Positions 1 to 12,595 of a stretch of 64,000 bases of DNA are shown in pieces. How positions within the stretch are numbered: the first letter of the stretch is position 1; each line of letters starts with the position of its first letter. The notes under the pieces are model-generated. The model was not told the origin of the DNA. It searched no databases and saw nothing but the letters and a program-made list of their open reading frames with translations. Source of the stretch: Octopus sinensis (Eukaryota); NCBI RefSeq assembly GCF_006345805.1, contig NC_043005.1, positions 96,286,001 through 96,350,000 of the forward strand, read 5' to 3'. The position numbers and the translations under genes are program-made.

Positions 1-425
1 TAGTTAAGAAGCTTGCTTTCTGTCAATGTGGTTTTGAGGTTCGGTCCCACTGCATAGCACCTTGGGCAAGTGTTTTCTACGACAGCCCTTGGCAGACCAA
101 AGTCTTGTGAGTGGATTTGGTAGAAGGAACCTGACAGAAGCTTGTCATACATACACATATATATGTTCGTGTGTGTGTGTGTGCATGGACTTAGCTTGAC
201 ATCATGTAATGGTTGTAAATGAGCATCATCATCATACAAGTGGTGTTGTTCGTTTCCAACCTTCCAGGAAAAACCTGTCTGACCATGGGGAAATATGACA
301 TTGCTAGGGAGCAGGTGAGAGTTGATGGCAAGAAAAGCATGTGGACATAGAAAATCTGCCTCAACAAATTCCATCTGAATGATGCAAGTATGAAAAATTG
401 GACATTAAAATGATAACGACGATGG
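1..425 (+). mobile_element. tRNA-derived SINE, family A' (family-A head and body, RTE-like tail), cut by window start
   Basis: B-box-like ggttcggtccc, shared body caccttgggcaagtg...gtgagtggatttggtag, tail ...gcaagtatgaaaaattggacattaaaatgataacgacgat; boundaries approximate. Confidence 0.6.
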
Positions 426-778
426 TGTGTATATAAATGTGTGGAAGGGGAGGGGGTGGGGGGAGAGAGAGAAAGAGAGAGAATGTTAGTGTGTGACACA
501 TATTCCAAGTCAAGAGCAAAGTTCAGTACATAGGTTATACACAGCAGCTTATCTGTGAATACAAACAGTAGTAGTTCATATCCCTTAAAATTCTGTAATC
601 ACCATGACTGAAATGCCTCCAATCATAGACTGTTTGATCAGAATTGACTTGTGGCTTGACAATAACACTCAGTTGTAGTAGGAGTTACTAACAAGATACA
701 ATATTCAACTAGCAACTAACCAATGACAATAAAGCAAATAAATTCTATACCCATTTAGAACCGAAACCATAGCCATCG

Positions 779-1185
779 TCATGCATCATCATCATCATTG
801 TTTAACGTCCGCTTTCCATGCTAGCATGGGTTAAACGTATGACTGAGGGCTGGCGAACCAGATGGCTGTACCAGGCTTCAATCTTGATCTGGCAGAGTTT
901 TTACAGCTGGATGCCCTTCCTAACGCCAACCACTCCGAGAGTGTAGTGGGTGCTTTTTACGTGCCACTGGCACGAAGCCAATCAGGTGACACTGGCAACG
1001 ACCTCGCTTGAATCTTTTACACATGCCACCGGCGCGGGTGCCAGTAAGGCAATGCTGGTAACGATCATGCTCAAATGGTGTCTTTTACGTGCGACCGGCA
1101 AGGAGGCCAGATAGCCGCTCTGGCAACGACCATGCTCGGATGGTGCCCTTAATACCCTACTAGCATGGGGCTCGAGTGCCAGTAA
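779..1185 (-). mobile_element. 5'-truncated RTE LINE 3' end with modular 3' UTR
   Basis: (CAT)n tail then tttaacgtccgctttccatgctagcatgggtt, conserved core ctggatgcccttcctaacgccaaccact, three to four ~62-66 bp modules. Confidence 0.75.
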
Positions 1186-1581
1186 TGCAATGCATGGCAA
1201 GCAAATGCTTTAGCTTCATGCATGGTGAATGTTTATTGTTTTACGCATATTTTGCTAGCTACATGTTCAAAGAGAACATTAAATGCATTGATAGCACTGG
1301 TTTTGGTGGGCCTACAAAGGCCATCTCCAAACTATTAATAAAGACAAAAGAAAAAAGAAAATCAATTAAAATTATTTTTCAAAACTTACAAACAAGACAG
1401 CTCCTGGAAAGCCTGTCCTCAGTAGAAAAGCAAGAAGTAGACTGTGAGAGCTGACACTTTACAATGGCAACAGCCTCACATATGATCTTTGCTATCAATT
1501 AAGTAGAATTTGGTGTGATACAGTACCAGACAAGATCAATGACAAATATCAACTCTTTTGATAGCAATCTGCCTGATACTT

Positions 1582-1982
1582 TCATCATCATCATCATTTA
1601 ATGTCTGCTTTCCATGCTGGCATGGGTTGGAGGGTTTGACTCAAAACTGGTAAACCAGGGAGCTGCACCAGGAGGTTCCAATCTGATTTGGCATGGTTTC
1701 TACAGCTGGATGCCCTTCCTAACACCAACCACTCCAAGAGTGTAGTGGGTGCTTTTTACACACCACCCGCATGGGTTCCATTGAACTGACACCAGCATCA
1801 GCCCCAACTACAAACGCATTTGGCCCAACAGGTCTTCTCAAGCATGGTATATCACCGAAGGTCTCTGTCTCCTGTCACTGCCTCCATGTGGTCCAACACT
1901 CAAATAGTACTTTTTAGGTGCCACCAGCACAGGTGCCCACGACTATGATCTCACTTGGCTTGACAGGTCTTCACAAGGATGG
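1582..1982 (-). mobile_element. RTE LINE 3' end
   Basis: Same tail and core; extends to gaagacctgtcaagccaagtgag, which matches the end-of-ORF region seen at 45200-45230. Confidence 0.7.
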
Positions 1983-2239
1983 TACCCTGTAACAAATTTC
2001 CTGTTTTAAATTATCCACATTAAAGTCTTCCGTTAAAATTTTAGGTTAATCTATGTTCCAAACACTGACTTATATAGGAAGATTATTTTACTGAATTCTT
2101 CTTTATTTTCAAAATCAACTGAAACAAAGGCAGCATACAGAAATATGGTAGCAAAAGGCTTAAAAACAAGACACCCACTTCAAGGGTTGTAGGTGATCAT
2201 GTAAACTTTAGAACCTATTTCACCAATGTCTGTTTATTC

Positions 2240-2590
2240 ATCATCATCGTTTAATGTCCGCTTTCCATGCTAGCATGGGTTGGACGATTTTGACAGAGGG
2301 CTGGTAAACCAGATGGCTGCATCAGGCTTCAATCTTGATCTGGCAGAGTTTCTAAAGCTGGATGCCCTTCCTAATGCCAACCACTCCGAGAGTGTAGTGG
2401 GTGCTTTTTAGGTGCCAGTCAGGCAGTACTGGCAACGATTTCACTCGAATCTTTTTCCAAATGCAACCAGCACAGGTGCCAGTAAGGCAATGTTGGTAAC
2501 GATCACACTCGAATGGTGCCCTTTTACATGCCACCGGCACGGAAGCCAGTTGGCTACTGTGGCAATGATCATGCTCGGATGGTGCTCTTT
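2240..2590 (-). mobile_element. RTE LINE 3' end
   Basis: Close match to the copies at 779 and 22950. Confidence 0.75.
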
Positions 2591-2782
2591 ATTGATTGTC
2601 TAAATTGCCTTTTGATATAAAAAGATGCAATTTGACATATTGCTTAACATTAATATGCATGAACACAGGTACAAATAACTTCTATACAATTTCCTTCAGT
2701 CTACCAAATTCCACTCACAAGCTATTTGCCAGTCTAAGGCTATAAAAGACACTTGTTGGTAACACACAGTTTTATAGCTTAA

Positions 2783-3002
2783 CCCATTCATTACTGTATT
2801 TATCTTGAGATGCTCTGTGTTTCTTTCAGTTACTTTAAATATAACAAAGAATTTAGTAAAATAATTTAGTTATCATAAAGCTAGTGTCAGGAACATAAAT
2901 TGTGACTAAGGTTTGGTGGAAGATTTTAATTCAAAACTTATGAAAACAAGACATTTGTACTCAGAGCTAGAGCCGGTTTCAGCCGGGTTGGTAACAAAAG
3001 GG
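2783..3002. mobile_element. 220-bp TTAA-flanked MITE (piggyBac-like)
   Basis: TTAA at 2779-2782 and 3003-3006; termini CCC...GGG; reverse-complement copy at 63000-63219. Confidence 0.75.
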
Positions 3003-3504
3003 TTAATATTATTAACGCAGAGAAATAGCAGTGGATTAACAGAATAACTGAATGCAGAGTCAAGTGGCAATGATGCAAACCTCTTAGGCATTCAACTCTG
3101 CCTGCACCTATGGAGACTTGAATTTGAAACCAAAATCTTGAAGAGTGCTCAACATATCAAACTTAGGTATTTTCAACAAGGTTACTCATTTTCAAAAATA
3201 AAGATTTTTTAAAAACTGGAAAATCCCAGCAACTATATTTTTCTTTCCTTTTATGAAATGAGGTCATCAAATGATTAGAACGAAATCTAATACATAACAA
3301 AGAAAGAGAGAATTGTGGAGATTTTTAAAAGAATTAACAGTTAATATACCAAGCTAACAGTCAGTATTGCTTGTTAACAGTAAATATTACATGCTAATAA
3401 TAGATACTATGACAGTAGTCAATACTATGTTAATGATCAGTATACTAAACCCTCTCTCCCTCTTTCGGAGAGGCACAAACACCTACACACACTGCAGTAA
3501 CTTC

Positions 3505-3645
3505 TGCCTACCAAATTCAATCACAAAGCTTCAGTCAGCCTGGGGCTATAGCAGAAGACACTTGCCCAAAGTGCCACGCGGTGGGACTGAACCCAAAACC
3601 ATGTAGCTAGGAAGCAAGCTCCCTAACCACACAGCCATGCCAGCA
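3505..3645 (-). mobile_element. SINE family A 5' fragment
   Basis: Reverse complement of the head gctgtgtggttagggagcttgcttcc...ttcagtcccaccgcgtggcactttgggcaagtgtcttc. Confidence 0.55.
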
Positions 3646-3667
3646 CCTAGATGATATTGTATACTGA

Positions 3668-3846
3668 CAGGCAAAATCCATGCCAACAGTGATATTGCAT
3701 ATCAGCAGTCAATGAATGTATCACAGTAACAGTTGATATCCCATGCTAACATTCAACATCTCATGCTAGCAGCTGACATCCCATATTAGCGGTCAACATC
3801 CTATGCTAACAGTCAATACACCATGTCAGTCAATACATCATATTAA
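3668..3846. repeat. Degenerate ~20-bp minisatellite, about 9 units
   Basis: Units such as cagttgatatcccatgctaa, cattcaacatctcatgctag, cagctgacatcccatattag, cggtcaacatcctatgctaa. Confidence 0.7.
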
Positions 3847-4062
3847 GGCAGCCATCTGGCAGAAACATTAGCACACCGGGTGAAATGCTTAGTGGTAATT
3901 CATCTGACTTTACATTCTGAGTTCAAATTCTGCTGAGATCGACTTTGTCTTTCATCCTTTCTGGGTCAATAAATTAAGCACCTGTTGTGTACAGGGGTTG
4001 ATCTAATCAACTGGCCCCCTCCCACAAAATTTTGGGTCTTGTGTCTAGAGTAGAAAAGAATA
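3845..4062 (+). mobile_element. tRNA-derived SINE family B
   Basis: ggcagccatctggcagaaacattagc head, gagttcaaattc B-box, gactttgtctttcatcctttc central domain. Confidence 0.65.
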
Positions 4063-4393
4063 TATCATGCTATAAGTTAATATTCTTTTATTCGTTCCAG
4101 TTACTGGACTCTGACTATTCAAAGACAGTTTTCAAGGGTGTAGTAAAGTATACAACATTTGACTGATACTCACAAATACTAGAAATTAAAAAAGAATTTA
4201 ACAAAGGAGTTGTACAAAATAGACTCAAGAGAATTAGTTAACATCTGCAGAGAGGCAAGAGTGGTGTCAACTAAGGAGAAGCAGTACCAATAAATGGCAA
4301 GAAAGTCTGGTGCAAAAAACCACTGGAAGAGATCTTGTCAACTTACACAAACAAGGGAAGCTTTATAATGTTACTCATCATCATCGTCGTTTA

Positions 4394-5617
4394 ATATCCC
4401 AAACATAATGTGTTTCTTTTATACTTTTATTTTTCAAAATTAAGATAGACAAAGTTATTTTTTAATCTAAAATATGCTCTCCTTCATTTTCTACAATGCT
4501 CTTCATGGTAGACTTGCAAGGCCCCTTTTCTAAAATTCACTTGTCTGTGATGAAAAATACTCCTCCAGTATTATTCTGACCTCATCTACAGAATTCATAT
4601 TTTTTCTGTTCAAATGATTTTGAAGATTGCAGAATAAACGATAATCAGTTGGAACAATATCTGGCAAATATGGTGAGCAGAGCATCGTTTCCCATTCAAA
4701 CTGCTTCAGCCTTTGAAATGTCATCTTCGTTGTATGTGGCCAAGCATTATCCTCATGGAAGAACACCTTCCATCTTGAAACCAAAGATGGTTGTTTTTCT
4801 TCTAGCACTGACTTAAGCTGCTCACAGTAGATTTCCTTTGTTATTGTTTGGTTTAGGTTTAAAAGTTCAAAGTGGACTAAACCTTTCATATCCCACTAAA
4901 CACCTTATGTGGGTGAAGACCTTCTTTAGTCTGGGGTGTTAGTCTGTCTCCTTTCCCTACCCACAGCACATGACATTTTCATAGAGAACTCATTTCTTGT
5001 CACCAGTCACTATTCGATTCATTTGTGAGAAGTGACAGCAAAGAAGAGAACACATTCATTCTCTGCGTGCAATTGGACTCAGAAAGTTTGTGAGGAACCC
5101 ATTGACCCAATTTGCTGACTTTTCCAATGGTACACAGGTGTCAATGAATGGTTGAATGACCAAATCGAAGCTTCTCTGCTAGTTCCTCAACAGTTACAAT
5201 GGGATTTTGTTTGACCAGGGTTTGCAGGACGTCCTCATCAAGCTCTACAAATCTTCCAGGATGAGGCTCATCTTCTAGGCTGTATTTTCCGGAACCATCG
5301 TTGACACTGGCTTTTGCCTATTGTCCAACCCCAATATTCTGCATTAATATTCCTCACACTTTTTGTTGCATTGTTGCCTTTATTGAAATCATAAAGCAAA
5401 ATGTACCGAATATGCTCCTTTGTCACTTCCATTATAGTTTTGAAAACATAACTGTTAAAATAGAAGCACACTCTTCAAAACTTGCACCAAGAATAAGGAC
5501 AAGGTAAAATTACTACCTGTTTTTACAGCAAGTCAATGCAGGTAGTTTATCCTATCTCACTCTGATTTTTAGTTCATGCAATTGAAAAAAACCCACATTA
5601 TTTATGGGATGACCCAA
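4394..5617 (-). mobile_element. Mariner (DD34D-type) transposon, near full length, transposase disrupted
   Basis: MEVTKEHIRYILLYDFNKG (ATG ~5432), WVPHKL, FHEDNAWPH and SPYLPDIVPTDY motifs with frameshifts; right TIR ending gacccaa+TA at 5617-5619; left TIR partial, cut by a (CAT)n tail. Confidence 0.88.
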
Positions 5618-5739
5618 TATATACTGGTACAACTGAATTGACATTCAAAAGTCTATTGTATAACTGCAAACATATATGCATATATACATATATATCTGGC
5701 ACACTGCTGTACTCAAGAAGACCCATCTGCCACAACAGA

Positions 5740-5910
5740 ATTGATACTGGTGCTGGTGCCACATAAAGAGCATCCAGTACACTCTGTGGAGTGGTTGGCA
5801 TTAGGAAGGGCATCCAGCCATAGAAACCATACCAGAACAGACAATGTAGCTTGGTGCAGCTCCTGGCCTTACCTGCTCTGGTCAAACCATCCAGCCCGTG
5901 CCAGCATGTA
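5740..5910 (+). mobile_element. RTE LINE 3' end fragment
   Basis: gagtggttggcattaggaagggcatccagccatagaaacc core. Confidence 0.6.
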
Positions 5911-5939
5911 CAGGTATGTATGTATGTGTGTGTGTGTGT

Positions 5940-6255
5940 GTCATCATCATTTAACGTCCGCTTTCCATGCTAGCATGGGTTGGACGATTTGACTGAGGTC
6001 TGGCGAACCAGACTCCAATCTGATCTGGCAGAGTTTCTACAGCTGGATGCCCTTCCTAACGCCAACCACTCAGAGAGTGTAGCGGGTGCTGTTATGTGCC
6101 AATGGCACGAGGGCCAGTATGGTGGTACTGGCAATGGCCACACCCAAATGGTGCTTTTTATGTGCCACCTGCACGAGCCAGTCCAGCGGCACTGGTGACT
6201 ACCTCGCACAAGTGCTAGTAAGGTGACACGGTAATGATCATGCTCGAATGGTGTA
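5940..6255 (-). mobile_element. RTE LINE 3' end
   Basis: (CAT)n tail, conserved core and modules; same subfamily as 14545-14945. Confidence 0.75.
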
Positions 6256-6861
6256 TAAAGTTACCATTGCTTAAATATGTTACTGCTTTGAAACTTTATG
6301 TATGGAGTTATCATTGTTCAAATATGTGGGATATCTTTATTCTCCTAATGCTGAAATATCAAAGAAATATAAGATAAAACTTCAAATTTCATTCTGCATT
6401 GTTTCAGCCTCAACAAGTTTTTATCTAATTTAATATCATATAATGCTTCCCCCAATCTACTCTAATCTAATATACATAATATACTTAAAGGCGGTGCTCC
6501 AGCATGGCCGCAGTCAAATGATTGAAAAGAGTAAAAGCGTATATGTGTGTGTGCGTGTGTCTGTCACAATCAACACTTACACTCTCTGAACCAGGATGGG
6601 ATTAATGGAGCCTGGTACTTATTCTATGCATACAATTCCTTTGTTTTGTTCAAACTGTTACTGCTTTGAAACAAAATTATTAATTCTTTTTGCTCAAACA
6701 AAAGTCATGAACTATAAAAAGTATATAACCTTGTTTAGTGGTTCCATCATCATTTGGCTGCTTCTCACTTAATCAAAGAGGTGTTTTCTGTTTGTCATAG
6801 AAGAGTAGACTTACCACCAAACCTTTCCTGGGTAGGATCAACCTAAGTAGCAGTTTCTCAA

Positions 6862-7215
6862 TAATCATCATCATCATTTAACATCTGCTCTCCATGCTGG
6901 CATGGGTTGGATGGTTTGGCATGGAGCTGGCTATCCAGACTCCAAATGTCTGTTGTGGCATGGTTTCTATGGCTGGATGCCCTTCCTAATGCCAGCCACA
7001 TAACAGAGTGTGCCAGATGCTTTTTACATGCCACCAGCATGGGTGTGTTAACACAGCACCAGTGCGGGTGCTTTTTAAGTGGCACTGGCCCTTGAAAGGA
7101 CAAGCCTGTATGTGTGGTAGACAGTGATTTTACTTGGTTTGACATGTCTGGACAACAAAAACAACAATGGTTAGTATCCAATGAAAAATGACTACACCCA
7201 TAGAAACTTATGCTT
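6862..7215 (-). mobile_element. RTE LINE 3' end (diverged)
   Basis: (CAT)n tail and ggatgcccttcctaatgccagccac core. Confidence 0.6.
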
Positions 7216-7249
7216 TGTGTTTGGTGGGACTATGTCACTGTGTTAAAAA

Positions 7250-7522
7250 CATTTCATCGGAGATGCCAGCACCACCCGATTGGCATCTGTGTCGGTGACA
7301 CGTAAAAGCACCAACCGATCATGGTTGTTTGCCAGCCTCCCCTGGCACCTGTGCCAGTGGCACGTAAAAAGCACCCACTACATTCACGGAATGGTTGGCG
7401 TTAGGAAAGGCATCCAGCTGTAGAAACGCTGCCAGATCAGACTGGGCCTGGTGCAGCCTTCTGGCTTCCCAGACCCTGGTTGAACCGTCCAACCCATGCT
7501 AGCATGGAAAACGGATGATGAT
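7250..7522 (+). mobile_element. RTE LINE 3' end
   Basis: Modules, core and ...acccatgctagcatggaaaacggatgatgatga tail. Confidence 0.7.
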
Positions 7523-7960
7523 GAAGTATTGTCATCAAATGGAAACATTGCACAAAAATTTGCAGAAAATGCATTCATCATAAGTCAGTCATAAAGGAGT
7601 GTCACTCTTACATAATGCAAGATTATATATTGCCCAAATCATTCAGGAAAAGATTACGGCACTAAATATGGGAAGTTTTGCCTTGTCTCCTTACGTTCCT
7701 GACCTTGCTCCAGCTGAGTTCCATCTTTTCAGCTCACTGCAGCATTATTTACAGGAAAACACTTTGTTAATTGTGAAGAGGTTAAAGATGGTATTTGAGT
7801 GCTTCTATGCTTCAAAACAATCTACCAAACAGATGGGATAATGTTATCAATAATGAAAGGGAATATTATCCTGATTGAATATATCAATAAAGACCAAAGC
7901 AGCATTTGTTTCTTCCCCCATCTTGAACTGAAAACAAGATTTTTTTTCAAACTTAATATA
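7523..7960 (+). pseudogene. Mariner transposase C-terminal relic
   Basis: LHNARLYIAQ...SPYVPDLAPAEFHLFSSLQHYL corresponds to the HDNARPH...PYSPDLAPSDYHLF motifs. Confidence 0.7.
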
Positions 7961-8454
7961 AAACCACTTTCAATCAATATAAGAAATATATGATTAGTCT
8001 AATTACAAATTGAGGGGTTGGAATCAGTTAAAACTTTTGTACTCTGGCTCTACAACTCTGCAGAGTGCAGCAGATAGAATCTGAGTGTTTGAGCGTGAAT
8101 GTACATGCAGTGACAGGGACTGTGTGGATTAAAGCAAGACAGCAACAAATTGTCTCTCATATGTCCAGTGATCTTTCAGTTTTAGTAGATTTGTTGTTGT
8201 TGTTGTTGTTTAGCACCAGGTCAACCCTGGTTGAGCAGAACAATGGACAAAGACATTCCAGTATTTTTCCTTTTTTTTTTACCCCCTGTGCATAATGCAT
8301 ACAAGATTTACATTACTCACATTGTTCCATTTCACAGTCAGTAATTATAGATTTCAGATGAGATTTGTTTGATTCAAAAATAAATTGAAGCCTAATTAAT
8401 TTAAATTCCAATTTTAGTTAAACATGAACACCTGAGAAATTTATAAAATATTGG

Positions 8455-8605
8455 TTTCAGATTTTGGTACAAGGCCAGCAATTGTGGAAAGTCAATTACA
8501 TTAACCCCATTGCTCAACTGGTACTTATTTTACCGACTTCAAAAGAATGAAAGGTGGAATTTGAACTTAGAAAATAAAAACAGACAAAGTGCCACTAAGC
8601 ATTTT
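8455..8605 (-). mobile_element. SINE family B (diverged)
   Basis: gtacttattttaccgac...ggaatttgaacttag...aagcattttgcccgacgtgataacgattctaccagc. Confidence 0.55.
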
Positions 8606-10465
8606 GCCCGACGTGATAACGATTCTACCAGCTTGCCATCTTAGAAATTTTTAAAATATTATAAAGGAGAATAGAAGTAAGATGTATTCAATGGAATTAG
8701 AGAAAATAAGAATAAAACAAAATGTATAATTCTTAATATACATATCTATGCCTCTCTTTCAGTAAATTATTAATTGATTGAGAACTTCATTGTTAAGAAA
8801 AAGTTTCTTTCTTCATACAAAAGGTAGACAAATTAGTAGAGTTGTTAAAGTGTCAGATTAACTTTCTCACAATATTTATCCTGACTCTCAGTGCTCTGGG
8901 TTCAAATCCAGCCGAGGTCAACTTTGCTTTCATCTCTTCAGGTATTAACAAAACTGTAAAAATGTTGAACTAGAGGACTGGAGGTATTTGTTTCTATTCT
9001 TTGCATTCTGAGTTCAAATCCTGCTATAGCCTGCTTATGTAGTAGACTTAACCTGTTGCTTGGTTTAACACCACCACCTGACACTGTGAGTGCCTTTAGC
9101 AGAGTTCACTCTGTTGCAAGCAGTTGGGCCAGGCCTCTAGCTTGTGGATACCTTCCTTCCTCCAATCTTGGAAGTGCTGTGAAGGGTCTTCAGCACTACC
9201 TTCCCTCCTGACTAAAAGATATAAGAGAAAATACTGAAATATATGTAAGAAGTGTGATGCTGTTAATGACAATGAAATATGGGCGACCAATAGAGATGTG
9301 ATTTAGTGGGGAGGAATGTGTCATATATAGGTTATTGATGAGCAAGTTTAACTTATGAGAAAGCTGAAAACAATTGAGAATGTAAGTAACCATTAAAATC
9401 TTTTGCTGATGTATGAATGAAAGATGATTGAACTGGTACTGCTATGTGAATACAATATTTCTGAAAGTTTACAATGGAAAACAGCTGATAAAGACAGTTA
9501 TGAAAAGAAATAATAAAGTCACAGCTGAGAAGCTTGGGCTACACAGAAAAGATGAGATGGCACAGTATTCAGAACCACAAGAAAAGATACTGTTGTGAAG
9601 ATTTGTTCAACTGCTCTCAACATGGAGAAATGAAAGCTTAAACAATGATAATGCTAATTATAGGCCAAAATAATTTTAGAAGAGTGTTATTATTTTAACT
9701 GATAAAAATCTGTTTAAATTATTTTCTTCATCTTTCCCAATTTATTTATATACTATATTTTTATTTATCTATTCATTTTTGTATAACACAATTCCAAAGT
9801 CTAATTCTATTCATCATAATCATTTTACATCTGCTTTCTATATTGCCATGGGTTGGACATGTCACAGTTCAAGTTAGGAGTTCTTTGGAATGACTGCCCT
9901 CCTAGATGGGTCAGGGACCGTATCTTGTTAGTACATTTATTTTTAGCACAGTTTCTATGGCTGGTTGACCTTCCTAACATCAACCACCTCAGAGTGTACT
10001 GGGTTTTATCATGGTACCAGTATTTTATTGTACATGCTGTCATTTTATTGTACACTAGAAAGATTGTTATGTCCTTGATAAGGCAAGACTAAAGGGTTCT
10101 CCTGCTCATATCTATCTCCATTTGCCAGCCACTTTATAGAGTGTAATTGATGCATTTTACCATGACACCAATACTAGGGAGGGTGACTTGCACCCTGCAA
10201 AACAAAAAGGCCTTCACTGTTTAGCATTATCTCTGTTCATTGAGAGCAATGTGACCAACAGAGTGAATAGAAGAGAGGATGATTACAGAGGATTAACTAG
10301 GATAAGAGGGGGGGGAGAGTATGATGGAGAAAACAGAAATGATGAAACCCATGTAAGAGAATCTAAACCTTCCAGAGCACATGGAATATATATACATGGC
10401 AACTAAAAAACAAACAAGGAGTAAAACACTAAAAATGCTTCACATACAAATAAAGATATACACAT

Positions 10466-10473
10466 TATATATA

Positions 10474-10526
<53 letters not shown>

Positions 10527-10540
10527 ATATATATGTATAT
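10466..10540. repeat. (TA)n microsatellite
   Basis: Direct observation. Confidence 0.95.
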
Positions 10541-11784
10541 ATGTACTTAATCCAGAAATGATAAGTTTAATAACATCCAAAAATGTTCTCAGCAATTTTC
10601 ATGGTAATAAGATTAGAGATAATTATAATTCTCTCTTCAAATATACCATCAATCTCATATCAATGATCACTGATACACATTTCAAATAGCTTATATAAAT
10701 GCATTTCCTTGCACTAAATAAGTGCAGTGAATGCACTGACATTTTCGTATCTAATATAAATAGCACTTAGTGTTATGAATGACGATCATATAACCAGGCA
10801 AACTCTGAGTGGCATATGTGGAAAGAGATCCCTGTTAACATCTATCATATTTCAAAGACCCTTATCTCTTCCTATCTACAGCAATGAGCTTTTCCACTCT
10901 CTCTACACTGATATCATTGTGTATTTTTTTTTTTTTAGTCACTAGATGGTCCTGACCATCTAGAAACAAATAACTACCAAGCTTCAAACAGTTCTGAACT
11001 TCTGAAATTTAACTCTGTCAAAAGAACATTCATGGTAAAAAGGAATGTCTCATAGTCCCTGTTTGATAAGCACCTACATTTTCAAAAAGCTTAAATTTTT
11101 TCTCTCCCAAGATACTTTAGGCCTTAAGTTAAAAAATCTGAATTTGTCTTACATTTTTACTTTTTCTTTTCATCTAAATATAAGAACATTTGCCTTTAAT
11201 AAAAGCTGTCGCTAATTCTTAACTCACCAATATTCTGTGTGACTTATATTATGCTCATCTAACATTATTACAACAGATTTTACTACTCTCCAATATTGCT
11301 TCCTTTAAATGCTACCAAACTGAATTCCTTGATCTTTTTTTCTGAACAAGAAATAATGGTCTTGATGTTAAGGTATTAGATCACAGTTATAAGTTCAGAT
11401 CTTGCTGTATTATGACTGAGTAAAGTTCTGCACTGAAAACAAGAGCTGTACACCTGACCACATGGTTAGAAGTTCAAATCTTATTACAAGTACCTTACTG
11501 ATCGTTTACATTTGCCTAACCTAGCAGAAATGGATCTATTCCTCATCGTTTTTACAATTATTTATTTTCTATGCTGGAATGGAGAAGTTAAAACTTTATT
11601 AAGACAATATACTATGGCTGGATGTTCTTCCTGTCACCAACCTTTACCTGCTTTTCATGCGAGGGGTTTCTCTTTTGTTTTCATTTGCCTTGTCTTCACA
11701 CATTAAAACTAACAAGCTACAGAACAGATAGTTTACAGAAGTGAACATGACATTCAGACACACACGCACACCCAGATACAAATC

Positions 11785-12195
11785 TGCATGGCTGTGTGGT
11801 AAGAACTTTGCTTCCCAACCACATGGTTCTGGGTTCAGTCTCACAGCATGGCACCTTAGGCAAGTGTCTTCTACTATAGCCTTGGACCAACCAAAGCCTT
11901 GTGAGTGGGTTTGGTAGACAGAAACTGATAAAAGCCCATGTTGTGTGTGTGTGTGTGTGTGTGTGTGTATTTATGTGTCTGTGTCTGTGTTTGTCCCCCG
12001 CACCATCGCTTGACATCTGATAGTGATGTGTTTACATTCCTGTAAGTTAGCAGTTCAGCGAAAGAGACCGATAGAATAAGTACTAGGCTTACAAAGAGTA
12101 AGTCTTGGGGTCAATTTCTTAGACTAAAAACCCTGTGAGGTGGTGCTCCAGCATGGCCACAGTCAAATGATTGACACAAGTAAAAGAATAAAAGA
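11785..12195 (+). mobile_element. SINE family A, near full length, internal (TG)n
   Basis: Head gcatggctgtgtggtaag, B-box ggttcagtctc, tail ggtgctccagcatggccacagtcaaatgattgacacaagtaaaagaata. Confidence 0.75.
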
Positions 12196-12334
12196 ATATA
12201 CCCATCATCATCGTTTAATGTCTGTTTTCCATGCTGGCATGGGTCAGATGATTCAGCAAGAACTGACAAGCCAGAGGACTACACCGATCTCCAATATATA
12301 TCTGCTTTGGCATGGTTTTACAGCTGGATAGTCT

Positions 12335-12595
12335 TGTCTTGAGACAGCATTCACCTGGGGTGGGTTGAGCTGGCTTCATTCATCCTCAATGCTGCATCTC
12401 TCACAAACGTCAACCAGGCCTGGCGATTTGAGGCTAACGACCGCGTGATCTCCAACCATTCCTTATTCCAGCGGCGAACACCATAGATATGGGGGCCTAG
12501 GTTGGGTTCCAGATCAGCCTTGACTGTCATCAGCCAGGTTTTTTTGTTGTTCACTACATCGCTTTCGTTAACCCTGAAGGGGAGCTGGGGCAATT
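12335..12595 (-). pseudogene. RTE-clade LINE ORF C-terminus relic
   Basis: KTWLMTVKADLEP...LASNRQAWLTFVRDA matches the RTE terminal TW..V..DL....A.DR..W motif. Confidence 0.65.

Noticed and set aside
779-1185. Conserved-repeat and variable-loop modules as a CRISPR-like array
   Set aside because: Eukaryotic LINE 3' UTR, units homologous along their whole length, no cas genes
6262-6352. Minus-strand exon candidate for TSC2
   Set aside because: Stops in all three frames
9040-9210. Minus-strand exon with a good acceptor
   Set aside because: All frames stop; looks like an RTE C-terminal relic
10381-10689. ORFs rich in YI/HT/CV repeats throughout the window
   Set aside because: Translations of dinucleotide microsatellites
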